A stretch of DNA of 64,000 nucleotides from Selenomonadaceae bacterium (GTDB taxonomy: Bacteria > Bacillota > Clostridia > Oscillospirales > CAG-272). The translations under genes were made by a program, and so were the position numbers. The DNA is taken from contig CAVBUH010000058.1 in the NCBI GenBank assembly GCA_963598415.1, positions 16,421-80,420 on the forward strand. Direction: 5' to 3'. Of this stretch, positions 1 through 9,911 are shown one piece after another. The number at the start of each line of letters is the position of its first letter. Position 1 is the stretch's first letter. A model generated the notes under the pieces. It was not told the DNA's origin. It worked only from the letters and a program-made list of their open reading frames with translations, and did not search any database.

Positions 1-146
1 AGAAAACGTAGGCTTTTGCTGTATACGGCTATGTATGAAAAACGCCTGATTTTCTCGGTTTCTGATATATACATACCAAGTCAAAACAATGCCCCAGAAG
101 ATTCTCATGTAAATATTTCCGGGGAGTGAAGAAAGGAAAGTCGGAA

Positions 147-425
147 ATGAAAAACGGCGGACGTTTAAATTTTTTTGTGAAGCTTACTATCCTTGTGGTG
201 ATATGCTTTTGTGCCGTCAATATTATAAAACTTCGAACCGACTACAATGATCTAAAGGACAGAGAAGCGGAATTGCTTAAAGAAAAAGCGGAATATGAGG
301 AAGCGATTGATAAACTTAAGTTTGACCTTGAGCAAGAAATGGATGAAGATTATATAATGCGCATTGCAAGGGAAAAGCTGAATTATTATCTTCCGGATGA
401 AATTATTTTTTATAATGACCGCTGA
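147..425 (+). CDS. divIC: Septum formation initiator family protein (FtsB/DivIC-like)
   Basis: Small ORF with an N-terminal TM helix (FFVKLTILVVICFCAVNII), a coiled coil (LKDREAELLKEKAEYEEAIDKLK) and a C-terminal IMRIAREKLNYYLPDEIIF typical of the family. Start moved from GTG 126 to ATG 147, which follows AAAGGAAAG. Confidence 0.75.
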   Translation: MKNGGRLNFFVKLTILVVICFCAVNIIKLRTDYNDLKDREAELLKEKAEYEEAIDKLKFDLEQEMDEDYIMRIAREKLNYYLPDEIIFYNDR

Positions 426-478
426 TGAGACAGTTTTTAAGCTTTCTCTTGATTTTGTATTAGTTTTGGTTTATAATG

Positions 479-513
479 ATACCGTACTTCGAAATGAGTA
501 CGGTATATTTTTT
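479..513 (+). terminator. Intrinsic terminator downstream of divIC
   Basis: 10 bp perfect stem ATACCGTACT/AGTACGGTAT (479-488 / 497-506) followed by a T-run (508-513). Confidence 0.7.
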
Positions 514-765
514 ATCGGCGGATCGTCTTGATTTCTATAAAATAACAGGCAAAAGGAAAATTGGAAAACAGAGCGGGCGGAACAACGGAAAAACGTGATG
601 TGTTATGTGTCTATATCTGTGCCAGCACATCGTAGGTTTACGATGATAAAATTTTCTGTTTTGCCGTATGCTCTTGCTTTCCGACCGGCGGATTTTATGA
701 GCGCAGCTCGCTCATCGATTCCGGGGAAGACGATTCCGTTATTTTATGAAGGCTATGGTTATAAA

Positions 766-2136
766 ATGAAAAAATTAACACACAGTGAAAAAACTGCGGT
801 GATTGCCGCGGGAGTAATACTTTTTTTGTTTATCGGCGTTTCTGTGCTTGCTGTCATTCTTTTTGGTATGCTTGAGGATACTGAAAACAATTTTGCGGAT
901 TACAGAAAGAAAACCGAGATTAAACTTTCCGATCTTGAAAAGAATCATAACAACTCCCTGAATGATGTTTCCGAGCTCAAAAACGATCTTGAGCTTGCCG
1001 AAAAAAATAAAGCGGAGCTTGAAAAGTATATTGCTCAGATCGAAGCGGAAATGAAAGAGATGGAAGAGGGATTCGGCGATAAGGACGAGCTATACGGAGC
1101 TCTCAGCAGTCAGCTTTCCGAACTTAAAAAGATTCTTGAAGAGAAACAAACCGAAATTGACGCGTTAAAGCAAGATATAACAGAGCTTGAAAAAGTTTAC
1201 AGCGTTGATTTGAACAGTCAGATTCAGATATTGTCCGAGCTTGAAGCATTGCTTTCCGAAGGCGCGCCGATGAATAAAAACGAATCGGTGATTTTGAATC
1301 CCGACGGAACCCCCATGCTTGGTGATGACGGTCTTCCTGCAAAGGATATAACCTATGTTTATCCGAAAATATCGGTATATTATGAGGATCTCGAAAGAGG
1401 TTATAAATATGTTTGGAACGGAGATGCGGTTTATTCCTCCGCAAGCTGTGTAAAGGCGCCTTTTGCACTCACGGTACTGTCTGCGGCGTCGAAAGAAAAA
1501 GCGGAATATGATAAAAAGATCGCGGATCTTATCGCCCAAAACGGAAACGGGGGGGTTCTTCCGGATTTTACGCCTGTATATGATTTTAATAAAATTTTCA
1601 CCTATACCGAAGATAAATACCGTGCAGGCTCGGGGGTAATAAAAAATGAAGAATACGGCGTAGAATATACATATCTTGAGCTTATGCGATTGCTTCTTGA
1701 ATATAGTGACAATGTTGCTTTTGCTGAACTTAGGGCAGAATACGGAACCGATATGCTTAAGAAATTCGCCAAGCAAATAAACGCTGCCGCAATGAAAAAC
1801 AATATCTATAATGCGTCAGCTATCGATCTCGGAAAAACAATGAAGGAAATCTATTACTTTATTGAGAGCGATGCGGAATATGCTTCTTTTATGAAAGACG
1901 CTATGATGTCGTCTATACATACGGTAATGATCGGATACGGTGTGGCTCCTAAGAAGATTGCACATAAGTACGGGTGGGACACAGGGGCATATCATGATAT
2001 GGCTATCGTCTATGATGCTCACCCCTATGTTCTGGTTATCATGTCGGATATGGAGAAAGGAGGAAAAGAAATCAATTCATATATACAGGAGGTAGTTTCC
2101 CTCATTGATGATTTGCATGAAAATTTTTATAGGTGA
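766..2136 (+). CDS. Membrane-anchored serine hydrolase, class A beta-lactamase-like domain with coiled-coil linker
   Basis: ORF 595-2136. The likely start is ATG 766 (MKKLTHSEK), followed by a TM helix and a long coiled coil. The C-terminal domain carries S-x-x-K (SCVK), SDN (YSDN) and a KTG-like KYG triad. Confidence 0.7.
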   Translation: MKKLTHSEKTAVIAAGVILFLFIGVSVLAVILFGMLEDTENNFADYRKKTEIKLSDLEKNHNNSLNDVSELKNDLELAEKNKAELEKYIAQIEAEMKEMEEGFGDKDELYGALSSQLSELKKILEEKQTEIDALKQDITELEKVYSVDLNSQIQILSELEALLSEGAPMNKNESVILNPDGTPMLGDDGLPAKDITYVYPKISVYYEDLERGYKYVWNGDAVYSSASCVKAPFALTVLSAASKEKAEYDKKIADLIAQNGNGGVLPDFTPVYDFNKIFTYTEDKYRAGSGVIKNEEYGVEYTYLELMRLLLEYSDNVAFAELRAEYGTDMLKKFAKQINAAAMKNNIYNASAIDLGKTMKEIYYFIESDAEYASFMKDAMMSSIHTVMIGYGVAPKKIAHKYGWDTGAYHDMAIVYDAHPYVLVIMSDMEKGGKEINSYIQEVVSLIDDLHENFYR

Positions 2137-3863
2137 GTGATAATATTGTGAGAAAATTATACGCTGCCGGCAACGGTTCTGTTTTATTTGTTTCCGGGAA
2201 TTGTGTTGTCGATCATATCGGAACCTATTCGATTAACTTTTTTACTGCTGATCTTGATATGGATGGTGTTCTGTGCAAAAAGGAGTATATCCCCGGTGCG
2301 GTCGTAATTCGTTTTATCGGAAGGTCTCCTCTCGAAAAATCGGATGATTTGCATGCGGAAGTTAAGCTTACGGTCTATGCCGACCCGTTCTCGCAGATTA
2401 TATTTATTTCGATTGCCGCCATGTTTGATGTACACATAAAGATTCAGCCTTGCGAGAAGGTGAGATTTGAATTTTTTGAGAGCTATTCTTCCGATCTTGA
2501 AAAGCGGTCCTGCCTTAAACTGCTGCGGGAGGAAACGGCAATGTATCTCATGGCTGATGTGAACAGTGAGTTTGATAGAGAAAATATGCTTTTTCATATT
2601 AAACCGGGTTATTCAAGGCTCTTTGTGACCGTTCCGTCAGATGAAGAAAATTTCTTGAAATTCAAGGCACTTCTTAAAAAAATGCCTCCCGTTCTTATTT
2701 TCGATTCATCGCCTTCCGATTTATTGTATAAAAGTGTTTGCCGAAGAAAAAACTTGTTTTTTAAATGCAGAACAAATTTAAATGGGCTATCGGTAAAGTG
2801 GCAGGATATGATATCCTACTGCAGAGAAACCGTATATAATTTTCAATCGAAAAACGGAGGCTTTTTCAGTCTCGAGAATTCTTTTAATATGATTGATATG
2901 TGCCGTATTTTTCGGTTTCTTATTGCCGACGGAGATCAGCTTCAGGCAAAGGCTTTTGCAGAATTTATTTATTCTGTATTTGAAAAATATCGCAGCATAC
3001 CGTTTGTGTGTAATCCTGACAAAAACAGAGCGATTTTTTTAGAAAACACATATAATCCGGCGGGAGATGCGGTTCTTATTTCGTTATATGAGTATGAAAA
3101 ACAATTCGGTTCTTCTCACGATTCAAGAATTTCTGCAATAGCTGATACCGTTATGAAAAACGATTATCGATTGGTCAAAGGGGGAATGATGCCATTTTCC
3201 GGAATGGAGGGGTATTTTTATAATGCCCTAATGAAGCCGTGGCAAAGATTTCAAGGTTCGGCTGAATCCACGATGTGCTTTCTCGGCGCGGCAAGACGTT
3301 ATCTTGACATTATGGCAGATAAGCGAGATACACCGCAATACAAACGGATTGCAATGCTTGTAAAATACACAGTCGATGTATTTCCCGAAAATTTTTTTAG
3401 CGGAGAAAAGGTTTATCTTAATGCCCCGAAGCGTGCGGAACGGACCTATCATCCTCATACACTTTCCGGATTATGTGATAATTGTTTTAGATTCGGCCGT
3501 CTGGTTTACCGCTCGCATCGGTATCTTTGCGGCAAGTGCGAAGATATTGCGGATAAGCTGACTCATTCCTGCTGCGGAAGGGCATTTTTTAACGGAGCGG
3601 TTTTTCTCGACAGATATGTCGGGGCGGGATTATTTCCGGATAATACTGTATTTGAAGATATTTCCCCCGAGAAAATGAATACGGACGGTTTGATTATGAG
3701 CATAAAATATTACTGTCAGAGAAGGGATATACAGGCTCTTTTTCTATCTGAGCTTATATCAAGATATGAGAATTATCCCAAACGGTTTTCCTTTGCCCAA
3801 TTATGCCACGCAGCAGCGGAAACGGTCCGTATGCAGGCAAACGTCAGAAAAACAAACAATTAG
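2133..3863 (+). CDS. Hypothetical protein (576 aa, Cys-rich C-terminal part)
   Basis: Long ORF whose GTG start overlaps the upstream stop (GTGA). No family recognised. Contains CDNC...CGKC and SCCG motifs near the C-terminus. Confidence 0.6.
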   Translation: MSDNIVRKLYAAGNGSVLFVSGNCVVDHIGTYSINFFTADLDMDGVLCKKEYIPGAVVIRFIGRSPLEKSDDLHAEVKLTVYADPFSQIIFISIAAMFDVHIKIQPCEKVRFEFFESYSSDLEKRSCLKLLREETAMYLMADVNSEFDRENMLFHIKPGYSRLFVTVPSDEENFLKFKALLKKMPPVLIFDSSPSDLLYKSVCRRKNLFFKCRTNLNGLSVKWQDMISYCRETVYNFQSKNGGFFSLENSFNMIDMCRIFRFLIADGDQLQAKAFAEFIYSVFEKYRSIPFVCNPDKNRAIFLENTYNPAGDAVLISLYEYEKQFGSSHDSRISAIADTVMKNDYRLVKGGMMPFSGMEGYFYNALMKPWQRFQGSAESTMCFLGAARRYLDIMADKRDTPQYKRIAMLVKYTVDVFPENFFSGEKVYLNAPKRAERTYHPHTLSGLCDNCFRFGRLVYRSHRYLCGKCEDIADKLTHSCCGRAFFNGAVFLDRYVGAGLFPDNTVFEDISPEKMNTDGLIMSIKYYCQRRDIQALFLSELISRYENYPKRFSFAQLCHAAAETVRMQANVRKTNN

Positions 3864-3875
3864 TGGGTTAAATTT

Positions 3876-4577
3876 ATGATAGGTGTAACAGTAAATACGG
3901 TTGCAGTGCTTTTGGGTGGGCTTATCGGCTGTATGATAAAAAAGGGCTTTAAAAATAAAGTTGCGGATGCAATCATGTTTGGACTCGGACTATGTACCGT
4001 TTATATCGGTATCTCCGGTATGTTTGAGGGCAATAATATATTGATTCTGATTATCTCTGTAGCCGCCGGAGCAGCTGTCGGTACGGCGCTCGATATAGAC
4101 GGAAAAATCAAGCGTGTGGCGCATTCCGTAGAAAACAAATTCAGAAACAATACGGGACGGCAATCGGTTGCGGACGGTATAATAGGCGGCAGTCTTCTTT
4201 TTTGTGTTGGCGCTATGGCTGTGGTGGGATCACTTAATGCGGGCTTCGGAGACAACACTATGCTTTATACCAAATCAATGCTTGATTTTGTTGCTTCTAT
4301 GATGCTGGCGGTCAGCCTTGGCGTGGGAGTAGCGCTTTCATCCGTTACGGTTTTGATTTTTCAGGGAAGTATTGCACTTTTAGCGGTGTTTATAAAGCCA
4401 TATCTTACAGTGGAACTGATATCGGAGCTGACCTGTACCGGATCATTGCTTATTACCATTATCGGTCTCAATATGACGGGTATGACAAAAGCGAAGGTTG
4501 CCGATTATCTTCCGTCCCTTCTCTTTGTGCCGGTACTTTATTATATTTTTGAACAAATACCGCTGTTTTCGGTTTGA
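3876..4577 (+). CDS. DUF554 family membrane protein
   Basis: Polytopic membrane protein. The N-terminus MIGVTVNTVAVLLGGLIG and overall glycine-rich TM pattern are typical of DUF554 (YdfK/YqgA-like). Confidence 0.7.
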   Translation: MIGVTVNTVAVLLGGLIGCMIKKGFKNKVADAIMFGLGLCTVYIGISGMFEGNNILILIISVAAGAAVGTALDIDGKIKRVAHSVENKFRNNTGRQSVADGIIGGSLLFCVGAMAVVGSLNAGFGDNTMLYTKSMLDFVASMMLAVSLGVGVALSSVTVLIFQGSIALLAVFIKPYLTVELISELTCTGSLLITIIGLNMTGMTKAKVADYLPSLLFVPVLYYIFEQIPLFSV

Positions 4578-4586
4578 GGAGCAGAC

Positions 4587-5717
4587 ATGAATATTGATGA
4601 TAAGGTGGCGTTGTGTCGCTGCGAAGAATATGACGTACGGAAAATTTTTGAGTTTCTGAAAGGAATGTCAGAACAGCTTGGAATTACGCCAAACGAAATT
4701 AAAGATAAGACTGTTATTATAAAACCCAATCTTTTGCTTGCCTTTCCTCCTGAAAAAGCGGCCACCACGCATCCTGATGTTGTCTCTGCGGCGGCGCTTC
4801 TTTTCAGTCAGTGGGGAGCCCGGAGGGTTACGATTGCGGAAAGTCCTGGAGGAATCTATAACGAAAAGAATTTGGAGCGAGTGTACACGGTAACCGGAAT
4901 GAAGGAGGCTGCCGCTCAAAGCGGAGCATACCTGAACCGTGAGCTCGGATGGACGGAATTTTCCACACCGAATGGAAAGGTATCCAAAACCGTTAATCTA
5001 ATTAATCCCGTTTACGAAGCTGACGTTATTGTGAACATATGCAAAATGAAAACGCATTCTCTTGCCGTTATGACAGGAGCTGCGAAAAATCTTTTCGGTG
5101 TGATTCCCGGAATAATGAAGTTTGAGATGCATGCAAGATTCAAAAAACCGGAGGATTTCTTTTCTATGGTTATTGATCTTGATGAACAGCTTGCAAAATC
5201 TCACAATGTAATCCACATATGCGATGGAATAATGGGTATGGAGGGGGACGGACCGTCAGGCGGAATCCCCAAAAAAGCGGGAGTGTTACTGATGAGCCGA
5301 AATCCCTTTAATCTTGACTGCGTTTCGGCTCGTATCATGAGACTTGACGATAGAGTCAGGTTTATTTCTCTTGCCGCGGAAAGAGGACTATGCCCGAAAG
5401 TTTTCGATAAAATCAGTATTATCGGTAGTCGTCCGGAGGAAATTGAGTGCGGGAGCTTTGCACTTCCCGATGCGGCGAAAGGCAAAAAGTTTGATCTGAT
5501 ACCACCGTTTCTTCAGCCGCGCCCTGTTATAGACGGAAAAGTATGCAGAGGCTGCGGCATGTGCGTGAAAAGCTGTCCTCAGCATACGATCTCCGTAAAA
5601 AACGGCAAAGCAAAAATTAATCATGATAGGTGTATCAGATGCTATTGCTGTCAGGAGCTTTGTACTTTTCGCGCAGTAAAGATTAAAAAAAGCTTTATAT
5701 ACAGGCTGGTGGAATGA
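4587..5717 (+). CDS. DUF362 domain protein with C-terminal 2x[4Fe-4S] ferredoxin domain
   Basis: VIIKPNLL...THPDVV core typical of DUF362. C-terminal CRGCGMCVKSCP and CIRCYCCQELC cluster motifs. Confidence 0.75.
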   Translation: MNIDDKVALCRCEEYDVRKIFEFLKGMSEQLGITPNEIKDKTVIIKPNLLLAFPPEKAATTHPDVVSAAALLFSQWGARRVTIAESPGGIYNEKNLERVYTVTGMKEAAAQSGAYLNRELGWTEFSTPNGKVSKTVNLINPVYEADVIVNICKMKTHSLAVMTGAAKNLFGVIPGIMKFEMHARFKKPEDFFSMVIDLDEQLAKSHNVIHICDGIMGMEGDGPSGGIPKKAGVLLMSRNPFNLDCVSARIMRLDDRVRFISLAAERGLCPKVFDKISIIGSRPEEIECGSFALPDAAKGKKFDLIPPFLQPRPVIDGKVCRGCGMCVKSCPQHTISVKNGKAKINHDRCIRCYCCQELCTFRAVKIKKSFIYRLVE

Positions 5718-6583
5718 TGAATATTGATATGAAAAAAACTGTTATCGAATCGGCGTATGCAAAAATTAATCTGTGGCTTGAGATTCTCGGTAGACGGGAA
5801 GACGGCTATCACAATATCAGAAGCATCATGCAGACGGTCTCTCTTTGCGATACTGTTACCGTAAGGCTTACCGAGAGGGAAGTGGGCATGACTTGTTCGG
5901 ACAGTACTCTTTCCTGCGGACGGGATAACCTTTGTGTAAGAGCGGCAGAGATTTTTATTCAAGAGTGCGGCGGTGGCTTCGGTGTATCCCTTCATCTTGA
6001 GAAAAATATTCCGAGAGAAGCCGGGCTTGGCGGGGGAAGCGCTGACGCTGCAGCGGTTCTGAGAGCCTTGAATACTCTTTGCGGAGAGTTTTTTGATACG
6101 GATTTTCTGAGAAAGATGGGAAAAAAACTCGGCGCGGATGTACCATTTTGCATATCCGGCGGAACGGCTCTTGCAGAAGGGGTTGGAGAGATTCTCTCTG
6201 AATATTATTCCATCCCCGATTGTTTTATTGTAGTAAGCGGGGGTGTCGGTCATATTTCCACGCCGGAAGCTTATCGCAGAATTGATTCTGTGCCCGATGT
6301 CTGCGGAAGAGATTTTGGTTCTTTTCAAGAGGCAATGAAAACAGGAGACCTTGCCGTAATCGGCAAAAACCTTTACAACCGTTTTGAGGATGCGGTTCCG
6401 GAGGCTTTGGAAATAAAGGCAATTTTGCTGTCAAGCGGCGCGGCGGGAACTCTTATGAGCGGGTCGGGCTCTGCCGTATTTGGACTTTTTGATTCCTTGA
6501 AAAAAGTCGACATGGCTTGTGCTTTGCTTGAGAAGGCAGGACTTTCATCTTATATCTGTCATCCGATAAAACAGTATCACTGA
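5714..6583 (+). CDS. ispE: 4-diphosphocytidyl-2-C-methyl-D-erythritol kinase
   Basis: AYAKINLWLEILGRREDGYHNI N-terminus and GHMP kinase motif PREAGLGGGSADAAAVL. ATGA overlap with the upstream gene. Confidence 0.9.
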   Translation: MMNIDMKKTVIESAYAKINLWLEILGRREDGYHNIRSIMQTVSLCDTVTVRLTEREVGMTCSDSTLSCGRDNLCVRAAEIFIQECGGGFGVSLHLEKNIPREAGLGGGSADAAAVLRALNTLCGEFFDTDFLRKMGKKLGADVPFCISGGTALAEGVGEILSEYYSIPDCFIVVSGGVGHISTPEAYRRIDSVPDVCGRDFGSFQEAMKTGDLAVIGKNLYNRFEDAVPEALEIKAILLSSGAAGTLMSGSGSAVFGLFDSLKKVDMACALLEKAGLSSYICHPIKQYH

Positions 6584-6594
6584 ATCAGGCTGTT

Positions 6595-6773
6595 TCGAGG
6601 CAATACCGCACAATTCCAAAAGGCAGAGATGTGCAGTCATATTTTTCATCAAACGATACCAATTAGGGGTAGAAGCGGCTCCTTTGCCGACGGAATTTTT
6701 GAAGTGTGACGGTATACGGACAAGCAGATATGCCGTTAAGGCACAAGCTGTGAACATGGCGGTGTTGCCTTAA
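6595..6773 (+). mobile_element. MITE-like palindromic repeat, family 1, subfamily 2 (copy A)
   Basis: 179 bp. Ends GAGGCAATACCGC ... GCGGTGTTGCCTTAA, with the shared core (TTTTTCATCAAACGATACCAATTAGGGG ... TTTGCCGACGGAATTTTTGAAG). Starts 11 nt after the ispE stop. Confidence 0.85.
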
Positions 6774-6969
6774 TCATATTCCTGCGCTTTTTGCCTTGCC
6801 GTTCAAAAAATCATCTCGGAAATCTGCATAGTCGATTGATTAGCCATTCCTTAGGTCAGTATAAGAATTATCGTGATACAATTATCAACGGAAAAATATG
6901 AAAAATAATTTTTTATAATCGTTTTAAAGAAATGACAGAGGATTCCGTCCAAAAATCAATAAAAGGCGA

Positions 6970-6998
6970 GGGCTGTTTGCGGTTTGTGCAAACAGCCC
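6970..6998. terminator. Hairpin terminator candidate between convergent genes
   Basis: GGGCTGTTTGC / GCAAACAGCCC 11 bp stem with A/T-rich flanks on both sides. Confidence 0.55.
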
Positions 6999-7020
6999 AA
7001 ATATTTCGTTTTTTCAAGCG

Positions 7021-7602
7021 TTAATTCTTGTAATAGACAGTCATTGAAGTACCGATATCCTTGACCAGAATATCACGGGGCATTTTGATAAATTGAAAAG
7101 CTACATACAGATCTCCCGCCGCACCGGATATGTTTGCCGTTTGGATAAAATATATCGGCCAAAACCATAAATCAGGCAGAAATGCATTTATCAGATCGAT
7201 GATAATTCCCCATATTACCACGGGGGAAAGCGCAATGATAATGTAGCATTTTTTATTATAATACGCAGAGCTTCCCGCATATGCATAGAGACCGGTGAAG
7301 CCGTACTTCGGCCGGGTTTTGCTGTATATCCGCATAAAAACACCATGAACCAACTCGTGAAGGATAATATAAACGACTACTCCCGCAAGCATAACTGCAA
7401 ATCTTAAAATATATTCGGACAGACCGCGGGACATGTCAAACAGATAGCTGAGCGGCAGGTGAAGATGACCGAAAGCGAGCATAACAGCGAAAATAAAAAA
7501 CGAAAAGGCGTTCACAAGCAAAGCCGTTTTTTTATCATTTTGAAGGTCAAGCTTAAATATTTCCGAATAATTATCAGGAAGCGATAGAGTGTTTTTTATC
7601 AT
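7021..7602 (-). CDS. DUF3267 family putative zinc-peptidase membrane protein
   Basis: HELVHG motif embedded in a TM-rich protein. Start set to ATG 7602 (MIKNTLSLPDNY), preceded by AAGGAG. The longer ORF to 7716 would overlap the HIT gene. Confidence 0.7.
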   Translation of the reverse strand: MIKNTLSLPDNYSEIFKLDLQNDKKTALLVNAFSFFIFAVMLAFGHLHLPLSYLFDMSRGLSEYILRFAVMLAGVVVYIILHELVHGVFMRIYSKTRPKYGFTGLYAYAGSSAYYNKKCYIIIALSPVVIWGIIIDLINAFLPDLWFWPIYFIQTANISGAAGDLYVAFQFIKMPRDILVKDIGTSMTVYYKN

Positions 7603-7646
7603 AAATAAGGGCTCCTTGGTTGTTATGCTTTGAAACGGATGTTTGC

Positions 7647-7982
7647 TCAGTCCATTTTTTCCGAAAGCTTTTTTCCTCCGAGAATGTGGAAATGCAGGTG
7701 CTTTACACTTTGACACCCATCTTCTCCGACATTTGTGATTACACGATAGCCGTTTTCTATTCCGGATGCTTTAGCAATTTCCGGTATCCTCTCAAAAATG
7801 TAGGAAACCACGGAACTGTTTTGTGGCGATACTTCATCTACTGAACTGATATGTTCTTTTGGGATTATCAGAATGTGAACCGGCGCCTGTGGATTTATGT
7901 CGAGGAAAGCAAGGATACGCTCATCCTCGTACACTTTGCTTGAGGGAATTTCTCCTGAAACAATTTTACAGAAAAGACACAT
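7647..7982 (-). CDS. HIT family (histidine triad) nucleotide-binding protein
   Basis: MCLFCKIVSGEIPS N-terminus and the histidine triad HLHFHILGG. Confidence 0.9.
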   Translation of the reverse strand: MCLFCKIVSGEIPSSKVYEDERILAFLDINPQAPVHILIIPKEHISSVDEVSPQNSSVVSYIFERIPEIAKASGIENGYRVITNVGEDGCQSVKHLHFHILGGKKLSEKMD

Positions 7983-8041
7983 TTTTTACCTCCGTCCCGA
8001 TAAAAATCGAAGAATTTGTATCGGGTATATCATTAAAAATA

Positions 8042-8070
8042 TTGACAAAAAGAGTAAGGTGCGATATAAT
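8042..8070 (+). promoter_or_regulatory. Consensus sigma-A type promoter
   Basis: TTGACA (8042-8047), 17 nt spacer, TATAAT (8065-8070), upstream of the DUF1858 gene. Confidence 0.55.
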
Positions 8071-8122
8071 GAGTACAATAATATTATAGTGAATATTTAT
8101 ATTATAGCAAATGGGAGGAAAG

Positions 8123-8329
8123 ATGTCAATGCAAATTACAAAGGATACCATAATCGGAGATATACTGGATCATGATCCCGGAACGGCTCAATTCTTTTTT
8201 GAAATAGGTATGCACTGTCTCGGCTGCCCCGCTTCAAGGGGAGAAAGCATTGAAGCAGCTTGTATGGTTCACGGAACTGATGCCGACGAACTTGTTGCCA
8301 AGATCAACGACTATCTCAGCAAAAAGTGA
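8123..8329 (+). CDS. DUF1858 domain protein (hybrid-cluster-protein-associated redox disulfide family)
   Basis: ITKDTIIGDILDHDPGTAQFFFEIGMHCLGCPASRGESIEAACMVHG matches the DUF1858 pattern with CxxC. Start is ambiguous (8111, 8123 or 8129) because GGAGG lies at 8114-8118. Confidence 0.75.
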   Translation: MSMQITKDTIIGDILDHDPGTAQFFFEIGMHCLGCPASRGESIEAACMVHGTDADELVAKINDYLSKK

Positions 8330-8382
8330 AACTGCGGGCTGCCGTGACGGCGATGACTTTATTCCCGTGAATCTGTATGGAA

Positions 8383-8417
8383 GGGCTGTCGCGTTGAAAC
8401 GCGGCAGCCCTTTGATT
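8383..8417 (+). terminator. Intrinsic terminator candidate
   Basis: GGGCTGTCGCG / CGCGGCAGCCC stem followed by TTTGATT. Confidence 0.5.
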
Positions 8418-9123
8418 GAGGAATATGAAAGAAATAAAAAATAACGGTGCGCGTCTTTCGACGATAGCGCGGCTCGTGAGAGAGAATGTCTTGCTCATCG
8501 ATGTGGGAAGCGATCATGGATATTTGCCGATATCTCTTGTATCAAGCGGAAGAATCAAACGGGCGATTGCTTCGGATGTTGTACCGGGACCGCTTTCAAA
8601 AGCGAAAAAAAACATATCGGCTGCCGGGCTTGAAGCTGAAATAGCGGTTGTTCTGTCGGATGGGCTTGATTTGATAGAAGTTGAATCTCCTTCTGATATT
8701 GTGATTGCCGGAATGGGTGGAGAACTGATCTCAAAAATTATCGATGCAAAACCGCAGGTGAAAAATGCGGATATACATTTGATTCTCCAGCCGATGACAA
8801 AGGCTGAATATTTAAGACGTTATCTTTGTGAAAACGGTTTTGAAATTATCTCGGAGCTTCTTGCCTGTGAAGGGAAAATATATCAGATTATTTCCTGTCT
8901 ATACACAGGAAGGTCATATGCACTCACCGAATGTGAGCTTGCTGTAGGAAAAAAATCTGCAAGGAATGAGGACGCACTTTTTCGCCGTTTTGTCAGCGGA
9001 AAACTCTCTTCGCTGAAAATCGCAGCAGAGGGAAAAGGGATGGCGGCGATAGATTGTACGGAAGAAATAAAATTGATATCGGCTCTTGAAGAGCTTTTGG
9101 ATTCTGAAAGTAAGGAATGTTGA
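8416..9123 (+). CDS. trmK: tRNA (adenine22-N1)-methyltransferase
   Basis: LIDVGSDHGYLPISL and VIAGMGGELI motifs. Conserved pairing with the downstream Nif3-like gene. Alternative start at ATG 8425. Confidence 0.85.
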   Translation: MRNMKEIKNNGARLSTIARLVRENVLLIDVGSDHGYLPISLVSSGRIKRAIASDVVPGPLSKAKKNISAAGLEAEIAVVLSDGLDLIEVESPSDIVIAGMGGELISKIIDAKPQVKNADIHLILQPMTKAEYLRRYLCENGFEIISELLACEGKIYQIISCLYTGRSYALTECELAVGKKSARNEDALFRRFVSGKLSSLKIAAEGKGMAAIDCTEEIKLISALEELLDSESKEC

Positions 9124-9127
9124 TTAT

Positions 9128-9874
9128 ATGAAGGTTAAGGATTTATATGATAGGCTTGATGAAACGATTCCTTCATCGCTTTCCTGCGAATGGGATAATG
9201 ACGGACTTATGTGCTGTCCTGATCCCGACCGAGAAGTGCGCAGGGTTTTGCTCACATTGGATGTCACACAGGCAGCGGCGGAATATGCGGAAGAAAAAGG
9301 ATTTGACGCCATAATATCTCATCATCCGCTTATTTTCCGCCCCTTACCGTCTTTGATATCCCGTAAGTTGATCAGACTCGTCCGAAATAACATAACTGTA
9401 ATGTCCTTTCACACACGTCTCGACAAGCTTGACAACGGTGTGAATCGCGTTCTTGCGGAAAAAATCGGTATTACAGATGCGTCGGCTTTTTCCGAGGAGG
9501 GAATCGGATTGATAGGAACTCTTGAAGAACCTATTATGCCTGAACTTTTTTGCGAGAGAATAAAAAAATCGCTTGGCTGTCCTGTTCTTGAACTTGTGAC
9601 TGCTGGATTGCCATGCAGTCGAATTGCTGTTGTGGGAGGAGATGGCAAAGATTGCCTGTCCGATGCTGTAAGAGCGGGTTGTGATACTTATCTCACGGGA
9701 AGTATGAGCTATAACAGTTTGATTGATGCGTCAGAGATCGGAATTAATATCATTGCCGCCGGTCATTTTTTCACCGAAAATCCCGTTCTTGAAAAAATCG
9801 AACAAATCATTAAAACAATAGATCGAGGAATCCGATGTGAGCTTTTTGACTGCAATGTTGTAAAAATGGTTTGA
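9128..9874 (+). CDS. Nif3-like dinuclear metal centre protein (YqfO/GTP cyclohydrolase 1 type 2 homolog)
   Basis: MKVKDLYDRLDE..., AIISHHPLIF and IAAGHFFTE motifs. Start moved to ATG 9128. Confidence 0.85.
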   Translation: MKVKDLYDRLDETIPSSLSCEWDNDGLMCCPDPDREVRRVLLTLDVTQAAAEYAEEKGFDAIISHHPLIFRPLPSLISRKLIRLVRNNITVMSFHTRLDKLDNGVNRVLAEKIGITDASAFSEEGIGLIGTLEEPIMPELFCERIKKSLGCPVLELVTAGLPCSRIAVVGGDGKDCLSDAVRAGCDTYLTGSMSYNSLIDASEIGINIIAAGHFFTENPVLEKIEQIIKTIDRGIRCELFDCNVVKMV

Positions 9875-9911
9875 CATACATATATGTTGATAAAGGGGAA
9901 ATAAAAGAAAT

